This document shows positions 41,401 through 52,588 of a stretch of DNA of 64,000 nucleotides, one piece after another (the stretch's first letter is position 1; each line of letters opens with the position of its first letter). The stretch comes from an uncultured Armatimonadia bacterium (lineage in GTDB: Bacteria > Armatimonadota > Zipacnadia > CAVVLO01). Under the pieces are notes generated by a model. It did no database searches and was not told the origin of the DNA. It worked only from the letters and a program-made list of their open reading frames with translations. The stretch is from contig CAVVLO010000001.1 of assembly GCA_963749155.1 (NCBI GenBank), positions 832,001-896,000 on the forward strand, read 5' to 3'. The position numbers were made by a program, and so were the translations under genes.

Positions 41401-42915
41401 CCTGCGCCCTGGTTCAGGCTGAGGAACTCGGCTCAACTGCGGCGCCACTCCCGGAGCTAGCTGCCTGGATTAGGGCAGGTGGGCAACTGCTTGTGCTTGG
41501 CGCCTCACCTTCGGAGCAACCGGCCCTTGCCCAATTGACTGGGAGCAAGGTCGAGCTAGCTCCCCACAAGTGGTTTGAAGCCTTAATTGGCGAGCAGGAT
41601 CCACTCACCGCGGGCCTGTCAGGTGATGACCTGTTCTGGCTGGAAAAGGCTGGAGAGCGTAATCTGGTGTCCAATTGGGTGATACTGGAAGGCGCTAAAG
41701 AGCTGATTGTGACTAATCCTCTTGACTGGCGCAGGCGTTGTCTTCGCGGCGAGAACACCAAGACCAGTGCCATCGCGCGCGCAGAGGTTGAACCTCAGCC
41801 CAGGCTGCCAGTGCTGGCAGCGCTGGAGTTAGGCAAGGGCCGGCTGGTAGTCGACCAGATCGCTCTGGCGCCTGATTATGACAAGTCGCGCAAGGTGTTC
41901 TTGACTTTGCTGAGCAATTTGGGAGTATTGGTTAATCCAACACCGAGCCTGACCGACGCCGAACTTGCCGCCCTGTCAGTGGACGAATCCGGTTATGTGC
42001 GCTCGTGGCTGGTGGGTGGCCCCTTTGGCGGGGGTGTTGAGACTTTATCTACAGAGTTGCTCGAAAGCGAACCCTATGTCTATCCTATGGAGGGCAGCGT
42101 AAGCGAATGGCCTCTTGTGGCGCAAGATACGCTCTGATGTGCCAGTTCTAAACCTGAAACAGGTCTTTGGCGAGCGTAGCAACAACACAGCCTTCGCCTG
42201 CTTCTATGTCGAGTGCCCTCCGGCGCTTGCGGGTAAGCCTTTCACCTTGAGCCTGGGCAGTGACGATGGGATCCTCGTGCGTGTTAACGGCAAGACCGTC
42301 TGGGTAAATCCTGTGACTCGTCCAGCGATACCCGATCAGGACCGGGTGCCAGGTGTGGAATTCAAGCCTGGCTGGAATCGCGTGATGCTGAAGATTGCCA
42401 ATGGTAGCGGCGAATGGGGCGTTTGCGCTCGCTTTCTGGACGGGGAAGGCAAGCCGGCAAAGGGGCTGCGAATCGTCGCCCAGCGCCCCACAGAAGGCCT
42501 GAGAGAGCTGGAGCCAACTGACTGGACAGCGACTGCCTGGATGCCCACTGGGGTCGAGGCCGCTTTTGATCGCAATCCCTCAACCCGCTGGGCAACTGGC
42601 ATCGGGATGGAGCCGGGAATGTGGTACCAACTGGACCTGGGCACGACTCACACGCTGGCCCGGCTGGTGCTGGACACGGCAGGTTCGGCGAGTGATTATC
42701 CACGCGGGTTAAAGGTTGAGACAAGCCTGGACGGTCAGGAGTGGACCGAATTGCTGACCCTGGCAGAGGGCCAGGCAGGCCCAGTGACGACTGTCAGCTT
42801 CGATCCGGTCACAGCGCGCTTCATAAAACTGACGCAACTAGGGCGAATTGGCAGCTTCTATTGGTCTATCCATGAATTGCGCTTGTATACGACTGCAAGG
42901 AGCTTAGCCAATTGA
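38479..42915 (+). CDS. Secreted GH2 glycoside hydrolase with C-terminal PA14-like and F5/8-type C (CBM32-like) modules; frameshifts at ~39565 and ~42101
   Basis: LNGEWQF, FEAV, HEGGFTPFE, GIWQDV, WWSPEDPHLY, FGFR, RDRNHPCI..WSVENE; DxNPSTRW..LDLG..YPRG..WSIHE. Confidence 0.8.
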
Positions 42916-44879
42916 GAAGCCTTATCCTCCTGATGATGGTGATTTGTATGGGAGCAACCTGGGCTGCTCCGCTGCTTTGCCCCCAGCCCCAGAAGCAGTG
43001 CTGGACAGGCAAGACAGTGTTGCTATCGGGGCCAGTTAGGATTGTTGCTGAAAACCCCGCTGAGGCAAGGAAGTGGGCCCGGGAAGCTGGACTTGCCCTG
43101 ACGGACGCCAGGAAGGCGCCAACCAGCCTGTTGCTGAGACTGGAGCCTGATCAGAAGCTGCTTGGTAAGGAAGGTTACCGGCTTGAGGTCTCCCTCCAGG
43201 AAGGGCGGGTGCTGATTCAGGCGGAGGCTGTGACTGAGACAGGGCTTTTCTATGCCCTGCAAACCTTGCGCCAACTAACTGAGAGACGCGCAGGGGGGCT
43301 GGAGCTTCCCCTGGGAAAGCTGGAGGACTGGCCAGGTCTGGCAGTCCGTGGTATCAAGGGGCAGATGTGGCCGGTCGAGGGCTATTATCCCATCATCGAG
43401 TGGATGCCAAGTGTCAAACTGAACTTCCTGATGACCTGCTACAGCCTGTGGCCCGAGACCTGGTTGGCCTGGCGTAATCCTCTCAGCCAGGAGCAGAAGG
43501 CTCATCTGAAGCGGTTGTCGGAGGAAGGCCGCGCCCGTCACGTCCGCTTGTGCTTTGCCGTGAACCCTTCCATAAACGCTCGGCCGACGCTGGAATACAG
43601 CTCCGAGGCGGAGGTTGACCGGCTATTCTCCAAGTATGCTGATTGCTATGCGGCTGGCATCCGGAGTTTCGCTGTCTGCCTCGACGACATCAGCTTCGAG
43701 ATGGAACACGCTACCGATCGAGCGCGCTACGCCACCCTCGCCGAGGCGCAGGCTGACTTTATGATACGGTTGCTCGAACGTCTCGACACGCTGGAGCCAG
43801 GTCTGGAGGTGCTCTTCTGCCCCACGATCTACTCCACGGCACACGTTACTTCGCCTGAATCGCTGGATTACATCACCACAATCGGCCGGTTGCTGCCTTC
43901 GCGCATAGAAGTGTTTTGGACTGGACCAGGAGTTATATCAGGACCGATCTCTGCACAGGATGCGCGTGCTTTCGGCGACTGGATTGGTCGGAAGCCCTTT
44001 ATCTGGGACAACTATCCAGTAAATGACTATTGCGCCTATCGCCCATGGCTTGCGCCTGTGCAGGGCCGCGCGACTGACCTCCTGGGGGAGCTCAGCGGTT
44101 ACCTGGCCAACCCGATGCGTCAGGCCGAAGCCTCCAAGTTGGCCCTTGGCACAATCGCTGACTACCTGTGGAATCCCACTGGTTACGAACCCGCGCGCTC
44201 GCAGCTAACGGTACTCCGCGCCTACTCTGACGGGAAGGGATATGGCGCACTGAAGCGTTTGGCCCAACTCTATCCGGAATTCCCCGGCCAGCCCTCCTCG
44301 GTTGCGCCCGAGCCGGACCAGCTAGGCGCGCTGATTCGGCGTCTTGCCCGGACTGAGGGGCTCGAGGCGCTCTCGGGCGACCTGGCTCCCTTGCTTGAGG
44401 GTTGGCTTCAGCGGGTGTTGCGCGAACGCTTGGTGAAACAGTGGCAGCCCTCAGGCCAGGCCTTCGAGGGCTGGGAACTGACTGGCGGGGGCATTGATTA
44501 CTTCGGGCCAGGAAAGAACGACGACGCGGGGGCAAACTGGGTCTATGCTGCCTCTACCCCAGCTTGTCGACTGGCAGGCCGGTTCGCCTGCGAGCAGGCC
44601 CCGAAGGGGAACTGGCAACTGGAGCTTCTGGCCAAAGATGACGACTTCGCAATCAGATGCCCTGTGAGTATTACACTCAACGGTACGCGCCTCTTTGAGG
44701 GCACAACCGATGTACCTGACGGCGGCTGGGGTAGTCTGGAAGTGGCAGTCCCAGAAGGGCTTATCTGCGCTGGTATTAACGAACTCGAGATTGAGAACAT
44801 CGCCACCGAGGGCGTGTTGGGGATGCCCCCGTGGTTCATGGTAAAGCGCCTCGAACTGCGTCCAGCCGATGGCCCCTAG
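42912..44879 (+). CDS. Secreted GH84-like beta-N-acetylglucosaminidase with N-terminal GH20b-like domain and C-terminal beta-sandwich
   Basis: EGYxL..GLFYALQTLRQL..DWP, catalytic LDDI, FWTG, IWDNYPVNDY, NPM, ADYLWNP. Confidence 0.82.
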   Translation: MRSLILLMMVICMGATWAAPLLCPQPQKQCWTGKTVLLSGPVRIVAENPAEARKWAREAGLALTDARKAPTSLLLRLEPDQKLLGKEGYRLEVSLQEGRVLIQAEAVTETGLFYALQTLRQLTERRAGGLELPLGKLEDWPGLAVRGIKGQMWPVEGYYPIIEWMPSVKLNFLMTCYSLWPETWLAWRNPLSQEQKAHLKRLSEEGRARHVRLCFAVNPSINARPTLEYSSEAEVDRLFSKYADCYAAGIRSFAVCLDDISFEMEHATDRARYATLAEAQADFMIRLLERLDTLEPGLEVLFCPTIYSTAHVTSPESLDYITTIGRLLPSRIEVFWTGPGVISGPISAQDARAFGDWIGRKPFIWDNYPVNDYCAYRPWLAPVQGRATDLLGELSGYLANPMRQAEASKLALGTIADYLWNPTGYEPARSQLTVLRAYSDGKGYGALKRLAQLYPEFPGQPSSVAPEPDQLGALIRRLARTEGLEALSGDLAPLLEGWLQRVLRERLVKQWQPSGQAFEGWELTGGGIDYFGPGKNDDAGANWVYAASTPACRLAGRFACEQAPKGNWQLELLAKDDDFAIRCPVSITLNGTRLFEGTTDVPDGGWGSLEVAVPEGLICAGINELEIENIATEGVLGMPPWFMVKRLELRPADGP

Positions 44880-45796
44880 TCTTTGGTTACCGGTACCGTA
44901 ACCTTGACTGATTCGGCGCTCTTGAAGATGACTCCCTGGGGGAGGACAAGCTTTACCTGCTCGGTGAAGGTGGCCTGTCTTTCGTTCAGACTGATTCGTT
45001 CGGTATATATCTTGTACTGGGTCAGTTTTCGACCGTCGGAGAAAGCCAAGTTTACTGTAGCAGGATCAACTAGAGGCTCTCCACGCTTATGTCCGGCCAG
45101 CAGTCTGCCTGTGAAGCGAGGGACGATCTCGGCTTTTATTATCGAAATAGGGGCAAGTTCCATATCAAATTGAGCCATTGAAGGACTTATTTCGATTTCA
45201 GGCACTGGATTACCCGCGGCGTCAAGCGCAACCAGGGTCTCATTAGCCAGCATATTCTGACTTCGACCCGTAACATCGACATAAGCAACGAGGCTTGCCA
45301 CCTGCTCAACATAACGGGAGGCGCCAGTGATGGTCGCGAAGGCGGGTTGGAGTTCGACACTTTTAACCTCGTAGCCAGGCGCAGGCGTATTTTTGGTCAG
45401 TGCCTTGATGCGGAAGGTTTGCTCGGCTTTCTTGTCGACTTCCACAATTACTTCCTGTGGCTCCATCGAACCGATCTTCACTCCCTGGGCTGTATCGTGT
45501 ATCTGAACTGTCAGATTTCTCTTGCCTGGCCCTGGGAGATTACTTAAGTTCACAACCGCCTCAAGCCCTCTCTCTATCGCCTTGGTTATATCACGCTGCA
45601 ACCCGGTGATGGTTATATCTACAGGCGGCAACTGGCTGACCAGGACCAGTTGGCCAGGCATATTGATAGCCTTCACGGGACGAGTTATGACCTCGGTGAC
45701 GGGTTTGTCCTGGATGTACCAGAAATAACAAGCCAGCACCAGCGCCAGCAAGCGCAGTGCCCAATCTGATTTCAACCAGTTTCCAAGTTTATACAC
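44876..45796 (-). CDS. cdaR: CdaR / YbbR-domain regulator of diadenylate cyclase
   Basis: N-terminal TM (LLALVLA..W), repeated YbbR-like units; directly follows cdaA. Confidence 0.85.
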   Translation of the reverse strand: MYKLGNWLKSDWALRLLALVLACYFWYIQDKPVTEVITRPVKAINMPGQLVLVSQLPPVDITITGLQRDITKAIERGLEAVVNLSNLPGPGKRNLTVQIHDTAQGVKIGSMEPQEVIVEVDKKAEQTFRIKALTKNTPAPGYEVKSVELQPAFATITGASRYVEQVASLVAYVDVTGRSQNMLANETLVALDAAGNPVPEIEISPSMAQFDMELAPISIIKAEIVPRFTGRLLAGHKRGEPLVDPATVNLAFSDGRKLTQYKIYTERISLNERQATFTEQVKLVLPQGVIFKSAESVKVTVPVTKD

Positions 45797-45804
45797 TTAA
45801 CCAG

Positions 45805-46644
45805 TCATCCTCGCCGGCCAAGACCGGCGCTACGTTTCAGGCGTTCGAGCAGTTGGCGGCCAGGCTCATCGCTTTCCATCTCGAACACCTCCAGCAGTTT
45901 TTGACGAAGCAATTCGGCGGAAAGGTCGCGTTCAATGGCGCTTTCCAGGGCAAGACTCAGCGCGCCGGTCTCCTCAGAGATGGCTATACAGGCGGCATCA
46001 GAGCGCTCCGAAAGCCCTAAAGCTGCCCTGTGCCTGGTGCCTACGCTCTTCGAGAGCAGCGGATTGTCGGACATTGGCAGCAAACAGGCCGCGCCAATAA
46101 CGCGATCGCCTCTCACAATAGCTGCGCCATCGTGCAGGGGGTTGTTGGGGAAGAAGAGCGACACCAGGAGTTCGGCGGAGACTACCGCGTCCAGTTCCTG
46201 TCCCGTGCGTGCCACATCATCAAGGCCAAGCGCGCGTTCCAGCACAATAAGCCCGCCAATGCGCTGCTGGGACATCTGCCGCGCGGCGCGGACCACCTCG
46301 CGGATAGTCTTGGCAACTCCAGCCTGGGACTGCCTGCCAGTGCCGAACATCCGGCCTCGGCCAAGCCGCTCGAGGGCCATCCGAAGTTCTGGCTGGAAGA
46401 TGATAATTAGCGCGATGACGCCAGGGACGGTTACCCACTCGAGTAGCCAGTTGAGCGCGTACATATCCGCTACGCGTGAAACCCAGGAGGCAACAGCAAG
46501 TAGCAGCAGCCCGCGGATTAGCTGCGTGGCGCGGGTATTGCGGAAGAACAACATTACCTCGTAGAAGACAAAGGCCACTACGAGGATGTCGACGACATCC
46601 ACTACCCGCATCTGAGCAAGAGTTTCAAGCAGGCGTTGGCTCAT
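45805..46644 (-). CDS. cdaA: Diadenylate cyclase CdaA
   Basis: Three TMs, FQPELR..LE.LG, PLHDGA, GTRHRAALG, SEETG. Confidence 0.96.
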   Translation of the reverse strand: MSQRLLETLAQMRVVDVVDILVVAFVFYEVMLFFRNTRATQLIRGLLLLAVASWVSRVADMYALNWLLEWVTVPGVIALIIIFQPELRMALERLGRGRMFGTGRQSQAGVAKTIREVVRAARQMSQQRIGGLIVLERALGLDDVARTGQELDAVVSAELLVSLFFPNNPLHDGAAIVRGDRVIGAACLLPMSDNPLLSKSVGTRHRAALGLSERSDAACIAISEETGALSLALESAIERDLSAELLRQKLLEVFEMESDEPGRQLLERLKRSAGLGRRG

Positions 46645-46718
46645 TATATGGGGCGCGCCACCTGATTTATCAAGTTACGTCAGTATACTATACGAGGGCG
46701 CAGGTTGCAGTCCTCGCA

Positions 46719-49638
46719 TCAGGGACGCAATGCCTGCTCCAGAGTTGCCTTGGCGCCTGCACTAGTGCCCTGACCTGGCCCAAGTGCATACCAGCCAAAA
46801 GTTAGCGCAACCTGTCTAACTGTATTGCCTTCTCCGAAGGGAAGTTTTTGCCCTGGCTGCAGCTTCAGCTTGTAAAGCCACTGGCCATTAGGAAGCTGCC
46901 TCTTGGTCAGCGGCTCGGAAAGCCTGTCCCACTGGGTCGCGCCTCTTGTGTCTATCAGTCTGCTGTCCCTGGGCATAATCCAGGCTAAGCTCGACAGGCT
47001 GGGCAGTTTTGCCTGCGCAGTTGATTGAGAGCGTCGCCAGGCCAGTTCCTGGGCTATCGAGAGCCAGGCTTATTTCGGCCGGCCTTCGTCTGGGCAGGAC
47101 TCTTGCTGGCTTGCGCCTGGAGAGCCACGAAGTTGCGACCTGGCTTCAAGTGCGACTTCCTGGCCCTGGACAATTGCTTTGCCAGGCGCTGTCACAGTAA
47201 TCGCTACCGGTACGGAAAGTGTACCCCTGGCGCCAAGCCTGGTTGCAAGGAGCTTCCAGCCATCAGGCCAGGTAGAGGGCTCACGTAACAGAGAAACCAG
47301 CGGGCCTGACCTGCCCTCGCGTTCGGCGGTCATCAGCTCACTTGATGCTAATACAGGCTGAGGCACAACCTGGGTAGGCAGAGAGAGCGGCTCCTGCTGC
47401 CACTTGCGTTGCTTTGTGTCGGTTAGCTTAACCGAGTCGGGCTGCTCGGGAAGCAGTTCCAGGGTCAAGTCTTCAGCAATCTTCAGTTTCACCGGTTTGC
47501 CATATTTGGCGCGATATATTTTATGGGTATCGAAATCCACACGAAGCAGAACCGCTTCGGTTGGTGACTGCCAGGGGTGAAGCCTGCAACTGGACGTCAA
47601 CCAGCTTGTTGGTGACGACAAGTTTGACTCCGGCTGGCGCTTCGAGTTCGATACGACCAAGCGCGGTATCGGTTGAAAGCAGCAGACGCTCCTTTGTCAA
47701 ATCCAGGGAGAGTTCGCCTTTGGGCACTGGGTAGTGTTGCAATTCCAGGTTGCCGGCTGTCTTTGAGAAATGCGGATTCACAGCCAGCTTGTCACCCTCT
47801 ATGGTTACGCCCACAAGATAGTGCCAGGCACCGTAAAGCCAAAGGGCCGAATCCCAAAGCCGGCGCTTCTCACCATGCCAGGTGGGGTCTTTCACATCGT
47901 GAAGCTCCCAGGCGTTGCCGGTGTCAGGAGCTGTATCGAGTATCGAAGCAAACAATTCTTCGGCAAAGGGCGCCTCAAGGTCGGCGGCGGCGTAGAGCAT
48001 ATAACCGGCTACCCCGTCATCAACGCACCGGGTGCGCGGATCTTCGCGAAGCTCGCCGTCCTGGAAACAAGCCTCCCAGGCGGTGGCCAGAGTACGCGCC
48101 AGCACGACGCGGTCAACCGGAAGGCCAAAAGCCACAGCGCGAGCAAGCGGTCCTGCCATCGGCAAGGGATTGGTGAAGGTTGCCTCACCAAATCCTCCAT
48201 CTGCTGCATAAGCCAGGCGTTGCTCTTTGGGCAGAAGGAAAACCTGGGTAAGGGAGTTCTCAACCGCTGTAGATGTAAAAAGAGGCTCAAGCTCCAGTTC
48301 CTCGGCAGTGCGGAAAGCGAGCCAGTTCAGCACCGAGTTATCAAGCTGAAGCTGCCCCTCATCCACCGCAGCGGCGATCGCCCAGGTCTCGTCGGTGTTG
48401 AGCACCGAAAGCCCCTCGGGATTGGCGCCTAGTCCTTCGAGGCACTTCTGCACATAATCCTTTGTGCCATCAGGAAGCTGCAGGCCCCGGCGTTTGAAAT
48501 CGCCAGCGGCCAGCACCAGATAAGCAGGCCACTCTGATCGAGGATAACCGAGCATCTGGACCATCTCTCGCGAGAGATTCCAGGAGGAGGCTGGCCCATG
48601 CTGAGCTACCTGATTCACAAAACCTGTAAGCCCGATGAGGGCTTCCTTTTGGCGACCGACTTCGAGCAGGGCGCGCTGTACCCAATAGTTGTCGCGCACC
48701 CAGGCGCGATTATGGGCGTATTTGGTCGAACCCGTATGGATTATGTCTTCGCCAATATGACCTCGCACAAGCTGCAGGAGGCCATCCAGCCAGTCCTGAG
48801 TTTGCTGCTGCTGGCAAGTCAGTTTTATCTGCGCAGTCCAGGCCTTCTGCTCGGTGAGCGTCGCCTCGAGCAGGGCTAGCGGAGCGAGTACAGCCGTTTC
48901 AAAAGCCGAGGCGTCGGCGGCTACCTGGTTGCCATCTTCGCCGACTACGAAGGCCAGGCAGCAGGCAAAGCTCTCGGAGGAAGGCAGTTTTACCAAAGCG
49001 GCCGGTTTGGCAGTCTCGTCGAGTGTGAGTTTCGCATCTGACATCAGGCCCAGAGTAGCGCCTGAACCAGTAAAGGTTATGAAACGTGAAGAATTGCGTT
49101 TGGCCTCGAGTGCGGGAGGCTCGATACGTAAGGTAGCCCCGCCCAGTCCCTTGGCCAGTACCAGGCGGACAATTGCATTGTAAGGCGGCTGAGTAGGGGC
49201 GAAATCGACGAAGATGAGTTTGGCTTTCTCCCAGGCGGCCTCGGTTACCAGCACCTGGCTCTCGCGTACACGATGGGTGACCAGGCTCTTCGGAGCGCCA
49301 AGCGCGGCCCCATCCGGTTGCACCAGCTTGAAGGCGAGTGGCGCATTGCCCCCTGCCAGTCTGGACAATTTGTGTCCGCCATACAGCACCTGAAAATCCA
49401 GGGCGGTGTCAGCCGTATCTCCAAGGGCAGCATAAGTCTGGGTATTGCCGAAAGAATAATTGTCATGCCGCGGGCGCGCCTGGGCCAGGGCGTTGCTCTC
49501 CCATCCGGCAAGTGATAACTGCTTTATGTTACTGGCAAGCTGGGCTGAGTAGTCCTGCCGTTTTGGCAACAACAGCAGAATAACTGTTGCGGCGATCAGA
49601 ACGGCGGCAACTAACAGGACGGCAAACAGTTTCTTCAT
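46719..49638 (-). CDS. Membrane-anchored six-hairpin (GH15-like) glycosidase-like protein; main ORF 47521..49638, C-terminus recoverable only via several +1 frameshifts
   Basis: N-terminal TM; AWVRD, DETW, AWE, LWxSA motifs resembling (alpha/alpha)6 GH15; ORFs 47070..47660 and 46719..46976 continue it. Confidence 0.5.
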
Positions 49639-49650
49639 ATTGGGGTCATC

Positions 49651-52088
49651 TCACTGAGCTTTGCTTTCAGCCTGCGTAGTCACCTGCCATACGGCGCCGT
49701 CGGTAGCGAGCTTTACCGCGCCAGCCACCTCGGTGCGCACCAGCTTGCAGTCGAACCGGTCGGCTAGAGCGTCCAACCCGTCTTCCTGCTCAGACGCCTT
49801 TGTTGGCGCGCTGGAAGCAATCAGGAGACCTGGCCTGGCGGCCGACAGGAGCGAGGCGCAGGCGGCCTCGTCTCGACCCTTGCGGGGCGCCACGAGTATA
49901 TCACAACGCAGGTCCTGGCCTGAATCGGCAAGCTCCTGCAACCCTTCAGCCTCCAGATCACAGACAAACAAGATTCTGAAACTGCCATAAACCAGTCTGT
50001 AAGCAGCCGAATTGTTGGCTGGATCATCCCCCGTGCCTTCAAACCGTGGGCGAGCGGGACTTAATACCTCCAGATCAACAAGCGGAGCAAGGCGCAGGAC
50101 TGCGCCGCGTTCGATGTCGGTCACAGGCGTCTTGCGCTGCGCGGCCACAAGGGCTGCCAGAGAGCTTTCCTGTCCTGGCTCGCCAGGTGGCGCCCAGACT
50201 TCGGCAATCTTCAACTCCCTTATTAACTGTCCGGCAGCGCCCTGGTGTTCCCCAAGAGGCCTGGCCAGGAGTATACCTTCGAGTCGAAGCGCTCTTTCAA
50301 AGTAGAGGAAGGGCAACACGATGCGGTCAGCTCAGCCGGTTATCGCCTTCCTCTGGGCGTCCGCCAGCAGTGCCCTCGAGTAGATAATGGGCTCCTCCGG
50401 GCGTCTGCAAGAAGGCGCAGACTCCATCGGGCACCTCAAGTATTACAAGCTTAAGTTGGTTATCACTGGCTCGAGCGAAGGCGAAAAGTGAGAAGAAGGC
50501 CAGGGCCAGCAAGAACACTACCACTGCGTTCTCGAGGGTCCAGTATGAATTGAGCCTGGCATCAGGCTGGATCGGGCACGAGGGCATTGGACCACCTTTC
50601 CGACTTGGTTTTCTGCCGCTTATTAGTAGCCGACTCTACCAGGGCAAGCAGGAACATATAGTAAGCGCCGCCAATCCAGGCCGGCAGCGAAGGTACCGAG
50701 AGCTGAGCTGAAGGCAGCGCGGCACACCAGAGGGCAGTATTCACGAGCGCATCTACCAGCCAGCCAATTGGCAAGGAGAACCAGATCCCCGCAGGCTGAG
50801 AAAGGAGGGCGATGGGCAGCAGGGCAAAGCTGCCCAGTGTGATACAGGCGGCAAGGGGCACAGCTAGCAGGTTGGCGCCTAGTGATGCCAGAGGCAATTT
50901 GTGGAAGGTCATCGCCAGGATAGGCGCGACCGCAAGCTGGGCGGCTACCGTGGTCAGGGCCGTGAGTTTGAGGAAAGTCCAGGGCGCTCTGACTTTCACC
51001 AGAGGCACAAGCAACACCAGTCCCGTCACAGCGGCGAAAGAGAGTTGAAAGCTGATCTGGAAAAGTGCCAGTGGATCCAGGACTAGCATCAGGAAGGCCG
51101 CCAGCGCAAGCCCTTGTTCTGGGGCGCCTCGCCGGTTGGTCAGCAAGGCGGCAAGTCCCACCAGGCCGGCAAGCGCAGAGCGGAGGACAGGCGCCTCGGC
51201 CCCGCAAAGCAGGCAATATAACGCTACTGCCAGGGTTGCGAGCAGGCCCGAGAGCAACCTGCCAGGCCGGCCAGGCAGCGGGCGCAAGACAAGCAACACA
51301 AAAGCCAGCAGCAAGGCCACCTGGCTACCGGACACTACAAGCACGTGGATTATTCCCGAGGCGCGGAAGGCTGCAAGTAATTCTGGCGATGGTTGCGCGA
51401 GCTGGGAGCCGAAAAGCATACTCGTGATTATGCAGGCCCTCACCTTGCGTCCCGGACCGCTTTGGCAGGCGGCCAGGGCCTGCTGAGCCTGACTGCGTCG
51501 CTCATCCAGCCCTCTTAGGAAGCCCAGTTTGCCCGAGGGCCCACAACGCTCTGCGAGTCGGCACCGGTAGCTTGCCTCCAGGCCTCGCAGTCGCTGGGCT
51601 CGGTCGAAATCAGGGGCGCCAGGATTTTGCTCTCCCTCGGGAAAGGCCTCGAGTTCTTTCAACACAAGCAACTCGCCAGGAGGGAAGTCCTGACCAGGCC
51701 CTGAGAGCAACACTCGCGCGCGGGTGACCACTGGTTCTTTCCCCAAGGGCGCCAGGTCGCGCGCCTCAAGCCAGGTACCGCCGCTTATCGCTGGCCAGCA
51801 ACGGGCTACCACAGCCTCATAACTACAGGCAGGATCAGGCAGGGGGAGCGCTCTGCCAAGACCCTGTACGGCCAGGCTCATCAGGGCAAGTCCAAGCAGG
51901 AAGCCAGCGCAGGTAGGCGCCACCGTCCGCAACTCGGGCGCCTGTAACACTTCAGCCCTTACAGCCAGCGCCAGAAGGAGCAGAGCCGGAAGCCAGGCTT
52001 CAGGCTGACTCCTCAACGCCCAGATGAAGAGCAGTCCCCCTGTATAAGCAAGCAGTGCCCTCACCAGCGGCAGCTTCCAGGCCCTCAT
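49651..52088 (-). CDS. comEC: ComEC/Rec2 competence protein (Competence domain plus degenerate MBL domain); frameshifts at ~50575 and ~50332, though the MBL part could be a separate gene
   Basis: GIIHVLVVSG, P.LRS, SFQLSF, ANLLAVP; downstream ORFs carry MBL-fold remnants (NNS, LF..D.E). Confidence 0.8.
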
Positions 52089-52489
52089 CTCCGCTCACTC
52101 CCAGGCGGTAGCGCTGACACCTGGGGACGCAGCAACTTGATTTTGGCAGGACCGATACCCTTTACCTGGTCCAGGTCGTTTACTGAGCGGAAAGGCCCGT
52201 GCGCTCTGCGGAAATCAGCTATCCGGCCGGCCAGCACGGGACCGACGCCAGGCAACTGTTGGAGCTGGGTGGTTGTGGCAGTGTTAAGATCAATCCTGCG
52301 CGGCCCCTCGCGCTCCAGCATCTGCTGCAACCTGTTAGGCGCTACGCTGCCTGCTGGCAGCTTGTCCACAAAGGGGAACTGTGGCTCATCACCAAGCCAG
52401 GCGGGCGCCACGGTTGGCAGCATGGCAAGCAGCACCAGGAGGCAGGTCGCCAGCAGCAGTTTCTGAGTTGTCGAAAGATACAGGCGCAC
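52085..52489 (-). CDS. comEA: ComEA-family helix-hairpin-helix DNA-binding protein
   Basis: N-terminal TM; IDLNTA...LPGVGPVLA.RI...GPF.SV.DL.QVKGIG. Confidence 0.9.
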   Translation of the reverse strand: MRLYLSTTQKLLLATCLLVLLAMLPTVAPAWLGDEPQFPFVDKLPAGSVAPNRLQQMLEREGPRRIDLNTATTTQLQQLPGVGPVLAGRIADFRRAHGPFRSVNDLDQVKGIGPAKIKLLRPQVSALPPGSERR

Positions 52490-52501
52490 GCTCCGGTTCT
52501 A

Positions 52502-52517
52502 TGCACGAACCGTGCCA
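52502..52517 (-). promoter_or_regulatory. sigma54-type -24/-12 promoter upstream of comEA
   Basis: Reverse strand TGGCACGGTTCGTGCA, with GG-N10-GC spacing. Confidence 0.6.
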
Positions 52518-52588
52518 GAAAGCTCTCAGGCAGGATTTTGCCTTATTTCCGCGAATACATGGCAGTAGCCAAATCTGAGGTGATTGGA

